A stretch of 34,078 nt of DNA from Candidatus Woesearchaeota archaeon (lineage in GTDB: Archaea > Nanobdellota > Nanobdellia > Woesearchaeales > UBA10216), in assembly GCA_016180085.1 (NCBI GenBank), contig JACPBX010000008.1, positions 1 through 34,078 on the forward strand, read 5' to 3'. Below, in pieces: positions 24,894 to 34,078 of the stretch. Position numbers and translations under genes: made by a program. The notes below the pieces were generated by a model. The model was not told the origin of the DNA and searched no databases. It saw only the letters and a program-made list of their open reading frames with translations. The number at the start of each line of letters is the position of its first letter. The first letter of the stretch is position 1.

Positions 24894-26315
24894 CTACCCT
24901 ATTGCCCCTGTCATGTCAAGCTGTATCAGCCTGTTGAGCTCAACCGCATACTCCATCGGCAGCTCCTTCATTATCGGCTCGATAAAGCCCGAGACTATCA
25001 GCCTTAAAGCCTCCTCCTCCTTCAATCCCCTGCTCATTAAGTAGAATATCTTCTCTGTGCTCAGCCTCCCGACTGTTGCCTCGTGCGCGATTTCAACCTT
25101 TTCCTCGTTGATGTCCATTACCGGCACTGTGTTTGACTTTGATTCCTCATCCATTATCAGGGCATCGCACACAGCGCTTACCCTTGAGTTAGTCGCTCCC
25201 TTTACAACCTTAACCAGCCCACGGTAAGTCGTTATACCGCCCCGGCTGCTGATGCTCTTCATCTTTATCGTTGAGGACGTGTTCTTTGCGAGGTGGTATA
25301 CTTTGGCTCCGGTGTCCTGGTTCTGGCCTTTTCCTGCGTAAGCTATGCCGAGGTGGTCTGCCCTTGAGCCTTCTCCTTTAAGCAGGCTGCACGGGTAAAG
25401 CATTGTGCCTTTTGACCCTGCATTCCCTCCAATCCATTCAACCACGCCATTTCGTTCAACAACAGCCCTTTTCGTGTTAAGGTTGTATGTGCTTTTGCTC
25501 CAGTTCTCGACGCTGCTGTACCTGACCCTGGCTCCTTCTTTCACGTAAATCTCCACCCCTCCCGCATGAAGGGAATTTACGTTGTATTGCGGGGCTGAGC
25601 AGCCTTCCACGTACGATACTTCGCTGAATGGCTCTGCGACTATGAGAGTGTGCTCAAACTGGCCTCCCTTTCTTGCGTTCATCCTGAAGTATGCCTGCAA
25701 TGGCATAGTTACCTTTACGCCGCGAGGCACGAAAATAAAAGTGCCCCCACTCCAGACAGCAGCGTGCAGCATGATGAGCTTGTGGTCGTTTATCGGTATG
25801 CAGTTTGTCATGAAATACTCCTTTACAAGCTCGGGGTATTTCTGCACTGCAACGTCCATGTCCTCAAATATGACGCCCTTCTCCTCCCATTCTCTTTTCA
25901 GGTTGTGGTAAACAACCGAGCTGTCGTACTGCGCCCCTGCGCCGGCAAGGGCCTTTCTCTCGGTTTCAGGTATGCCAAGAAGGTCGAACGTTTTCCTTAT
26001 CTCCTCAGGCACCTCTTCCCACTTGTTGCTTTGGATTGCATCCGGCTTTGCATAGTAAACTATTTCATCAAAATTTATGCCGCTCAGGTCAAGCCCCCAG
26101 TCTGGCACAGGTGTTTTCCTGAACCACTCGTAAGCCTCAAGCCTTTTCTTCAGCATCCATTCTGGCTCGTTCTTGTCCTTTGAAATGAGCCTTATTACTT
26201 CCTCGCTGAGTCCTTTCTCTTTTACAAGGTAGTTCTCTGGCTGCCTGAGATTGTGGATTCTCCCGGCAGCTTCCTCAATCTGCAACAAAAGTTCCTGGTT
26301 TGTCATTTTAAGCAT
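24894..26315 (-). CDS. sufB: Fe-S assembly scaffold SufB
   Basis: EPEWML, GAGAQYDS, GQFEHTL, YVEGCSAP, LHAGGVE, QDTGAK, CDAL, HEAT, FYLMSRG, EYAVELNRLI. Confidence 0.97.
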   Translation of the reverse strand: MLKMTNQELLLQIEEAAGRIHNLRQPENYLVKEKGLSEEVIRLISKDKNEPEWMLKKRLEAYEWFRKTPVPDWGLDLSGINFDEIVYYAKPDAIQSNKWEEVPEEIRKTFDLLGIPETERKALAGAGAQYDSSVVYHNLKREWEEKGVIFEDMDVAVQKYPELVKEYFMTNCIPINDHKLIMLHAAVWSGGTFIFVPRGVKVTMPLQAYFRMNARKGGQFEHTLIVAEPFSEVSYVEGCSAPQYNVNSLHAGGVEIYVKEGARVRYSSVENWSKSTYNLNTKRAVVERNGVVEWIGGNAGSKGTMLYPCSLLKGEGSRADHLGIAYAGKGQNQDTGAKVYHLAKNTSSTIKMKSISSRGGITTYRGLVKVVKGATNSRVSAVCDALIMDEESKSNTVPVMDINEEKVEIAHEATVGRLSTEKIFYLMSRGLKEEEALRLIVSGFIEPIMKELPMEYAVELNRLIQLDMTGAIG

Positions 26316-26318
26316 CCG

Positions 26319-26687
26319 CTAAGCCCTTAAAAAACAGACATCGCACCCCGCAGGCAAATCAGCAACCGACTCGTGCACTCTGCAAAGAATCTTTTCGCTC
26401 TTTGCCATTGCCAGTATGTTCTGGGTTTCCCTGACAAGGTCGCTTTTCGTTTTTATCCTTTTAACAGCAGCAGCTATCTCCTTGTTTATGTGGTCATTGA
26501 ACTTTACCTCAGCAGCCCTTTTTGAGCTGAGGTACTGGCTTATGGTTGATTCCTGCACGCACAAAAGCCCGGCTATGTCTTTCTGGCTCATTCCCTGCTT
26601 CTTCATGGCAGCAGCCATCCCGCTCCTTATGGCTGGCAGTATGTAAAAGACTTCAACCTCCTGCGGCTGTATTATCTGGAGTTTCAT
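26319..26687 (-). CDS. Archaeal HTH transcriptional regulator (COG2522-like) heading the SUF operon
   Basis: PQEVEVFYILPAIRS, then HTH MSQKDIAGLLCVQESTISQYLSSKRA, and C-terminal CRVH...CDVC; RBS GGTGGTG precedes ATG 26687. Confidence 0.8.
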   Translation of the reverse strand: MKLQIIQPQEVEVFYILPAIRSGMAAAMKKQGMSQKDIAGLLCVQESTISQYLSSKRAAEVKFNDHINKEIAAAVKRIKTKSDLVRETQNILAMAKSEKILCRVHESVADLPAGCDVCFLRA

Positions 26688-26713
26688 TTTTACACCACCC
26701 TCGGGCAACATAA

Positions 26714-26744
26714 TTCACTATTGTGAACTTGTATTTAAAGGTTT
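26714..26744 (-). promoter_or_regulatory. SUF operon promoter (BRE/TATA) with an adjacent palindromic operator
   Basis: Minus strand AAACCTTTAAATACAAG followed by TTCAC-AATA-GTGAA (26714-26727). Confidence 0.65.
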
Positions 26745-26831
26745 GCGGTCTTTGTTGCGCATTAAAAGTTGCCACTCTAAAGTCATTAATTAAGGAAAGT
26801 TTTATAAGCCTGTTAAACTTCTCACCATTGC

Positions 26832-27884
26832 ATGGCAACTCAGCTTACTCCGGTGCAAATTCTCACAGCCAAGCAGCTTTTTGCAGTCTCTGCAGACCCG
26901 AGGCGTTTCTTATTGGCTTTTAAGGTCCTTGATACGGTTCCAAGAACCAATTCAGGCCTGGAAGAGAAACTGCGGTTAACCCACCCTGAAGTTGAGCGCT
27001 TGTTGCCGGAGTGGTGTGGGGATGGCGGCAAATATCTTGGACTGATGTGTGGCCGTGCCCTTTCGGCAATAGGCCTTGCAGCTTTTGAAGAAGTTGAAGT
27101 GACAACCTCCAGAAACTCGACCTTTCCAGCGATGGCGTGGCACAGCACACCGCTGGCTTCAAGGCTTTTCAACCTGGCCCATTATGTGCAGGAAGCAGCT
27201 TATCAGCTTGGCATCAGCCCTTACATCCTTTTTGGCAGGCTTTCGGGGCCGAGGCTGAAAGCGCCTCTGAAAAAAGCGCTCATAATATCCGAGCTTGCTG
27301 CCCAGGCGAACTATACTGCAGGCACTCCTGTGCCTATCGGAAACCTAGAGGACAGGGTTGGCTTGCCAACCAATGTTATATATGATCATTTGGAAAGGTT
27401 TAGGCTGGCTGGTCTTGTTGATATGGAGCCTCTCCCGGCAGGTGATGGGAAGATGTTTAACTACAGATGGTCGGCTGACGAGCCCCCATCACAAGCTCTT
27501 GCCGCAACTTCTGGAGCCAAGCTTTCGGCTGCAGTTAAAATCTTGTATGAGTCAAAATTATCCCAAAATGGCGCTTTTGTCCCGGCAAGCAGTTTTTATC
27601 CAGGCGTTTACAGCGGGTCCTTCGGAGTTAGGCGCGCTTTTAGCGGCTTTGTTGCCTCAGGCGTTGTTGAGCGGCGTACGAAGTACCACGATCTTCCAGT
27701 AAGGCCGTCACAGCTATGCATCGACGCAGCAGTAAAAAATATTGATCCGGCCATTGCTGCAATAGCTGGCAGCCAAAAAGAGCTGGAGAAAGCCAGGGCT
27801 TATGCTGCCTCGTTTAATGCCAACAAGTCTGCAAGGCTTGTAGCAATTACTGAAAGTTTCTTGTTCGCATCAAAAATTATATAA
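26832..27884 (+). CDS. Hypothetical protein, possible winged-HTH
   Basis: 350-aa ORF after TATA-like AAAGTTTTATAAG; segment LEDRVGLPTNVIYDHLERFRLAGLVDME is wHTH-like. Confidence 0.5.
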   Translation: MATQLTPVQILTAKQLFAVSADPRRFLLAFKVLDTVPRTNSGLEEKLRLTHPEVERLLPEWCGDGGKYLGLMCGRALSAIGLAAFEEVEVTTSRNSTFPAMAWHSTPLASRLFNLAHYVQEAAYQLGISPYILFGRLSGPRLKAPLKKALIISELAAQANYTAGTPVPIGNLEDRVGLPTNVIYDHLERFRLAGLVDMEPLPAGDGKMFNYRWSADEPPSQALAATSGAKLSAAVKILYESKLSQNGAFVPASSFYPGVYSGSFGVRRAFSGFVASGVVERRTKYHDLPVRPSQLCIDAAVKNIDPAIAAIAGSQKELEKARAYAASFNANKSARLVAITESFLFASKII

Positions 27885-27906
27885 ACGCCTCTTGTGTCGT
27901 CTGTAG

Positions 27907-28938
<1,032 letters not shown>

Positions 28939-29012
28939 CGTCTTTAGCAATAGTAATAAAATCAGCACACTTTATGGCAAAATTTAAATAAACCGCGCCC
29001 TCACCCAAGGGT

Positions 29013-29402
29013 ATGGTTACACCTGCCATAAAACAAGTCGATTTGGTGGATCTTCTGGCAGCTATCAGGAGGGGTGATGTACCGACTTCTCAAGTTGTCA
29101 GAACTGATGGATGGCCTTGTGGCATTACCGATTCTCAAGCAGGACTTGCATACGTGGGTTATCTAGGCAGGGCTCTAAACAGGGCTCTAGAGGGCAGTAC
29201 CCTGCTTCCTTTGATAATAAGCGATAACACTAGAGCCGGACTTGATCCTTCAATGGTCGCATCTCTCCTTAAAGCCGCTTCTGAAGAAGGTTCGCATGTA
29301 AACATAGAGGGCTTGTTGTTAAGTCAGCCTGTAGGTGTTACTCCTCCGTACATCTTGCATGTGAGGGCAGTTGAGTATAGGGGCGTGAGAGTTTCAATGT
29401 AG
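29013..29402 (+). CDS. Hypothetical protein
   Basis: 129-aa ORF preceded by TATA-like AAAATTTAAATAAA; no recognisable motif. Confidence 0.5.
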   Translation: MVTPAIKQVDLVDLLAAIRRGDVPTSQVVRTDGWPCGITDSQAGLAYVGYLGRALNRALEGSTLLPLIISDNTRAGLDPSMVASLLKAASEEGSHVNIEGLLLSQPVGVTPPYILHVRAVEYRGVRVSM

Positions 29403-29465
29403 TGTTTACTTCTAAGTAGTTAATGAGAGCAAGTTTTATAAACAAAAGTCGCTTCCCCGCCCTTT

Positions 29466-30275
29466 ATGAATTCGCACAGCCCGGACCCGCTGGAGACAAT
29501 AATTGTTTCCGATGCGGATTTCATGCAATCCTACGCTCCAGCGAGCCATCCTGAGGCAGTTGAAGGGCTTGACGCCCTGGCTGATGCAGGATTCAGGCTG
29601 CCGCTTACTTACCTCTCCGAAGGCTTTCGCCAATTGAGCACCTTGGCTTGGGTTGTGCAGTTTAGCGGTAACATGCAAACAAACTACGGGGTAAGCTATC
29701 ATTTCAGGGAGTGTGCCTTTGCCGGGCGCAGCAGAGTAACTGGAAATCTTAAAAAATTCGCTTCCCGCAGAGAAAGTAAGGGCCCAAATCACCCTCGTAA
29801 TTCCCATTACCATTATAACCGCTTGTCGCATAACGGCACTTTAGTCGGCAGAATGTTGAGCCAGCTTGGCGTGCGCAGGGAACAGTCCCAGAACTTGGGG
29901 CTTGCTGTTCCGCCGCATTTTCTTAATTTAGCTACGGCCTACGCCTATGGTCAAACATCATTTGACGGGACAGCGAAACTGCTGCTTGAGGATGCTGTTA
30001 GTGCAATGTTCTACACCAGCATGGCTCAGTCTACTGGGCAAGGTTTTAAGATTTTGAGGCTGCCGGCCCAAACCACCAGGGCTGCAGCACTGAACTTGGC
30101 TACCCAGATCAGCCACGTGATTCAGTCTGTTTTTCCAGATGAGGAAATTGACTCTTCCATTCGCCAAATTAAGTCGAAGTCTAAGAAGCTTCCTGACAAA
30201 ACGCCCATTTACAACCCTTTTGTGAGGTTCTCCCCTCAGGCTTATGAGCGTATAGCTTCTGTTCTTGGGCCGTGA
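29466..30275 (+). CDS. Hypothetical protein, possibly a degenerate LAGLIDADG-like fold
   Basis: 269-aa ORF after AAGTTTTATAAA; LAWVVQFSG and GRMLSQLGV...LAVPPHF resemble LAGLIDADG-like segments from memory, not from a search. Confidence 0.4.
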   Translation: MNSHSPDPLETIIVSDADFMQSYAPASHPEAVEGLDALADAGFRLPLTYLSEGFRQLSTLAWVVQFSGNMQTNYGVSYHFRECAFAGRSRVTGNLKKFASRRESKGPNHPRNSHYHYNRLSHNGTLVGRMLSQLGVRREQSQNLGLAVPPHFLNLATAYAYGQTSFDGTAKLLLEDAVSAMFYTSMAQSTGQGFKILRLPAQTTRAAALNLATQISHVIQSVFPDEEIDSSIRQIKSKSKKLPDKTPIYNPFVRFSPQAYERIASVLGP

Positions 30276-30328
30276 GCGTCGCGGGCACCGGCAAAAACTA
30301 TTTATACGCTCTTCCTATTGCAGCAGCT

Positions 30329-31531
30329 ATGTCGCTTAAGCTTCCGTCCATTAAGGACAAAAATGTTGAAGTTGCCGGCAAGACTGTTCTCGTCAGGGCC
30401 GGCATTGACGCGCCCCTTGACGACAAAGGCAACGTGACTGATGACACGAGGATTCAGGAAGCTGTTCCCACAATCAAATACCTCTCGCAGAAAGGTGCAA
30501 AGGTTGTTTTGCTGGTGAAGGTCGGCCGGCCGGGCTGGAAAGTTGTTGAATCACTCAGGGTTACGTCAATAGCTAAAAGGCTTTCCGAGCTGCTGGGGCA
30601 GGAGGTAAAGGCGCTTGGGGACTGTGTTGGTGATGAAGTTGAAAAAGCTGTTGGCGAGCTGAAAGACGGCGATGTTGTGATGCTCGAGAACGTGTTCTTC
30701 CATCCTGAAGAGGAAACTAACGACTCTGTTTTTGCCCAGCAATTGGCAAGGCTTGGCCAGGTTTACGTTAACGACGCTTTCTCAAGCTCTCACAGGAATC
30801 AGACTTCTATTGTTGGCATTCCCAAGCACTTGCCGTCTTATGCCGGGCTGCTGCTTGAGAAGGAAGTGAAAGTCCTGACTGCCGCCCTTGAGAAGCCAAA
30901 AAGGCCTTTTGTCGTTGTCTTGGGAGGGGCCAAGGTCTCTGACAAGATTGGGGTAATCCGCAACCTGGGCCTTAAGGCTGACAAAATCCTTATCGGAGGG
31001 GCCATGATGTTCACTTTTTACCGCTCTCGCGGGTTTGATGTTGGCAGCAGCAGGTTTGAGTCAGACAAGGTCTCTCTGGCCGACGACCTCCTGAACGAGT
31101 TCCAGGGAAAAATTGTGCTGCCTGTTGATGTTGTTGCGGCTGACAAGTTTGCAAACGACGCAAGGTCACAGGTTGTGGCGGCCAGTGAACTCCCCCATGG
31201 TTGGATGGGCCTTGACATCGGCCCTGAGTCTGTAAGGCGCTTCATAAAAGAGCTCTCGGAGGCAGGCACGATAATCTGGAGCGGTCCGCTGGGCGTTTTT
31301 GAGTTCCCGAACTTTGCAGAAGGGACAGCAGCCATAGCGAAGGCAATCTCTGAAATGACTGGCAAGGCGACCACTATAATTGGCGGAGGCGACACGCTCT
31401 CTGCAGTTGAAAAAGCCGGCTTGAAAGGTAAATTCGGCCATTCCTCAACGGGCGGTGGGGCAATGCTTGAGCTGCTGGAAGGCAAAACCCTGCCTGGAAT
31501 TGCTGCGCTGGCAGAGGCGGCAGCCCGCTAG
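30329..31531 (+). CDS. pgk: Phosphoglycerate kinase with a divergent substrate site
   Basis: DDTRI, NDAF..SHR, LGGAKVSDKI, GLDIGP, GVFEFP, GGGDT, STGGGAMLELLEGK; start at ATG 30329 after TATA AAAAACTATTTATA. Confidence 0.92.
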   Translation: MSLKLPSIKDKNVEVAGKTVLVRAGIDAPLDDKGNVTDDTRIQEAVPTIKYLSQKGAKVVLLVKVGRPGWKVVESLRVTSIAKRLSELLGQEVKALGDCVGDEVEKAVGELKDGDVVMLENVFFHPEEETNDSVFAQQLARLGQVYVNDAFSSSHRNQTSIVGIPKHLPSYAGLLLEKEVKVLTAALEKPKRPFVVVLGGAKVSDKIGVIRNLGLKADKILIGGAMMFTFYRSRGFDVGSSRFESDKVSLADDLLNEFQGKIVLPVDVVAADKFANDARSQVVAASELPHGWMGLDIGPESVRRFIKELSEAGTIIWSGPLGVFEFPNFAEGTAAIAKAISEMTGKATTIIGGGDTLSAVEKAGLKGKFGHSSTGGGAMLELLEGKTLPGIAALAEAAAR

Positions 31532-31609
31532 TCATCGCCGGTTATTTCTTATTTTGTTACCAAAAAGTTTATATATAAACGTATCACTTGACGATAGCTA
31601 ATTTAGTGG

Positions 31610-33916
31610 GTGGGGTTTTGGAAGTTGGCTATCTCTGAAGACGAGGTTAGGAAGTCTTTTGCACGGGTTAAGGAGGATATTCTTCAGCTCAAGCGCTCTG
31701 TCAACAAGCAGGCCTTTGCAGGCGAGGAAACAGGCAGGGCTTTGGGCAACCTTTTGCAGAAGGATGAGTTCTATGCGTTCATCAAGCGCCTTGGCTCCAA
31801 GATAGAGGAGCTCGAAAACCAGTTTCCATCAAAATCAGATTCAGAGGACGTCCAGGAGCTTGCATCCGAGTTGAGGGAGGAAATCTCAGGCCTCAGGAAG
31901 GCGGTTGAGCGCAAGGACGAGCTTGCTGGAGAGATTCAGCAGGTCAGGAAGCTGCAGGGCAAGGTCCTTGAGCTTGAGGGGCTTTCTATTCCAAAGCCTG
32001 AGTTTTCCAGGGAGATTTCCAGGCTCAAGGCAGAACTCTCTTCTCTAAGGTCAGAAACTTCAGCAAAAAGCAGCGAGCTCTCTTCTTCAGCATCCTCCCT
32101 GGCAGGCTCGCTGGCAAAGCTGACCAAGGACCTTACAGATTTTGGCGCAAGGCTCAACTCGCTCGCAACCAGGGCTGTTGTGAAGGATGACATTTCCTCA
32201 TTTACTGAAAGGATTGAGTCGTCAAGCCAGGAGATGTCTAGAGGGTTTGCATCACTGAAGCGCGATTTTGATAAAAAAGCGCATGATGTTGACAGGAAGG
32301 TGTCTTTTGTCGGCTCTTTCGAGGATAAGCTGTCTTCGCTTGGTGAGAAGCTTGCCTCGGCTGAAACCGCCATAGCTGCCATTAATGAGAGCTTATCAAG
32401 GAAATTCATTGACAAGCACAACTTTGAGAAATCCGTAGCTGAGCTGAGGTCAAAGCTGAACGAGACCAGGCAGCTTGTTGACTCCTCAATGAGCGAGGTC
32501 AACCTTGACGATTACGTTACAAGGCGCTCGCTGAAGCAGCAGCTCTCCTCGGTTTCTGACTCTGTTCCGGCAGCTGTTGATTCTGCCCTGTCGTCAAAGC
32601 TCTCTTCTGTTGAGGAGCAGTTGCGCTCGCTTAAGTCGCAGCTTGACTCGCTTCAAAGGGCTTCGGGGCAGCGCCATACAAGGGACATCTCGAAGCTAAG
32701 GGAGGAGATTGAGCGTTTTTCATCAGAGTTTGTCCAGTTCAGCGATTTCGCATCCAAGCTTGACAGGCTGCAAAAGTCTTCTGAGGATGCTTGGAACGAC
32801 GCCAAAAAGGAAATGAAGCGCCAGCGGGAGCTTCTCGAGGAAAGGCTCAGGTCGCTTGAGTCCCACTACCGCTCTTCAAATGACTCGCTCAAGGCAGAGC
32901 TTGATGAGCTGCGCAGCCAGACTAAGTCGTTGTCCAAGGCTGATGCGGCTGCAAAAGTGGAAATGGCAAAGATCAGCACCTCTGCCGCAAAGGTTGCTGC
33001 CAAGACAGCTACCGAGCTTCTTGAGGAAGCCGGGGAGGAGGAACGCGCCGTGAGGAAGCCTGGAAAAGGCCTTTCGCCCCTTGCAGTTTCAATCGTAATC
33101 GTAGCCCTGCTCATACTCGGCTCATTGGCGTATGTTGTTCTCAAAGGGCAGGAAGCAGGGGTAACACCCACAAACATTACGCAAAACATTTCTTTGCCGG
33201 AAGAAGCGCCAGCAGAAGCAGCCCCGCAGCCCCAGCCCACTCCAGTGCCAGGCGCTGAGGCTGCTGAACAAATTGTTGAAGAAGCTGAAGTGGTTGAAGT
33301 AACACCGCCAGCAGAGGCTGAGGAAATCGCTGCTGCAAACATTACTGTCCCGGAAGCCCCTGCCGAACTCGTAGCCAATGTTTCAGAAAACATTTCAGTT
33401 GCTGTTCCGAATGTTTCGGTTGAATCAGTGCCGGTTACTGAGGACAAAAACAAGAAATGCAAGGAAGAGCTGGAATGCACGAAGCGCTCTGACTCAGGAT
33501 ACTGGTTTGACTGCTACTTTGACGAATCCCTGATGGATTGCAGGTGCTTTGTCGGCTCAATTGAAAAGTGCCCGCAGCTGCTGGTAGAGAACGAGAGCGT
33601 GGCAGCTTCTGCGCCGCCAGCAGAAGGCGCAAAGGAAGAAGAAAAAGGCAAAACCCCTGGTCTGAGGTATTATGGCGCTGTGGCGTTTGTAGTGCTTGTT
33701 GTCCTCTTCTTCGCCTACAGGATGCTTTTTGTGAAAGAAGAAAAAACCGAAAAGGCGACCGAACAGCAGAGGGAGAAGGGCAAGGAACAAAAAGAATCCA
33801 AGTCAGAGAAAGCTGCTGCCAAGAAGCAGGAAAAGGAAAAAGAGAAGCCCGCAAAGGCGGAAAGCGAAGACGAAGACGTTATCGACCTGGAAGAGTTCTT
33901 TGAGAAGAAAAGCTGA
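31610..33916 (+). CDS. Large coiled-coil membrane protein with two TM helices and a Cys-rich, sequon-rich loop
   Basis: About 480 aa of heptad-rich sequence, TM LAVSIVIVALLILGSLAYVVL, Pro/Glu/Ala-rich linker, 6-Cys domain, TM YYGAVAFVVLVVLFFAY, charged tail. Confidence 0.8.
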   Translation: MGFWKLAISEDEVRKSFARVKEDILQLKRSVNKQAFAGEETGRALGNLLQKDEFYAFIKRLGSKIEELENQFPSKSDSEDVQELASELREEISGLRKAVERKDELAGEIQQVRKLQGKVLELEGLSIPKPEFSREISRLKAELSSLRSETSAKSSELSSSASSLAGSLAKLTKDLTDFGARLNSLATRAVVKDDISSFTERIESSSQEMSRGFASLKRDFDKKAHDVDRKVSFVGSFEDKLSSLGEKLASAETAIAAINESLSRKFIDKHNFEKSVAELRSKLNETRQLVDSSMSEVNLDDYVTRRSLKQQLSSVSDSVPAAVDSALSSKLSSVEEQLRSLKSQLDSLQRASGQRHTRDISKLREEIERFSSEFVQFSDFASKLDRLQKSSEDAWNDAKKEMKRQRELLEERLRSLESHYRSSNDSLKAELDELRSQTKSLSKADAAAKVEMAKISTSAAKVAAKTATELLEEAGEEERAVRKPGKGLSPLAVSIVIVALLILGSLAYVVLKGQEAGVTPTNITQNISLPEEAPAEAAPQPQPTPVPGAEAAEQIVEEAEVVEVTPPAEAEEIAAANITVPEAPAELVANVSENISVAVPNVSVESVPVTEDKNKKCKEELECTKRSDSGYWFDCYFDESLMDCRCFVGSIEKCPQLLVENESVAASAPPAEGAKEEEKGKTPGLRYYGAVAFVVLVVLFFAYRMLFVKEEKTEKATEQQREKGKEQKESKSEKAAAKKQEKEKEKPAKAESEDEDVIDLEEFFEKKS

Positions 33917-33941
33917 AATGCTTAAAAGTTGGCTGGCATAG

Positions 33942-34078
33942 TTAACTTCTATCAACTGCCAGTAACTTGTTTCTGCCGTGCAGCCCGCTTTTTATCCTGA
34001 AAATCTTTCCCGTTTCCTTTTTCAGCAGCCGAAGCAGCTCCTTGTTGGCCTTGTCTTTCTCAGCCTCAGCAGCTATCG
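33942..34078 (-). CDS. DUF167/UPF0235 (YggU-like) protein, C-terminal part (runs off the right edge)
   Basis: Manual translation IAAEAEKDKANKELLRLLKKETGKIFRIKSGLHGRNKLLAVDRS* fits the KAN.EL...I.SG..R.K pattern. Confidence 0.7.
   Translation of the reverse strand, partial: IAAEAEKDKANKELLRLLKKETGKIFRIKSGLHGRNKLLAVDRS

Overview
A 34-kb archaeal chromosomal window. TATA/BRE promoters, GAGGTG ribosome-binding sites, a Hef helicase, a PRC-barrel protein, a DUF217-type VapB and a COG2522-type regulator mark it as archaeal; the gene repertoire suggests a DPANN/Woesearchaeota-like lineage (inference). It carries (i) a cobalamin-dependent dNTP-synthesis cluster (nrdJ, an unannotated 38-aa Zn-ribbon ORF, pduO, an ECF S-component, nrdR, dut, ldh) with tandem NrdR boxes on an archaeal promoter; (ii) a full bacterial-style SUF operon (regulator-sufB-D-S-U-C-ferredoxin-iscA) followed by an AT-rich HEPN gene; (iii) bacterial-type carbon metabolism (zwf-gnd fusion, LDH, class I GAPDH, and a PGK with an altered substrate site); (iv) tRNA-Gly(CCC), vapBC, nth, nfo and several orphans. 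Two 51-nt double-hairpin elements share one architecture, one intergenic and one inserted in frame in sufS, suggesting an undescribed small palindromic mobile element. All calls come from motif recognition by eye; no database searches or folding were run.
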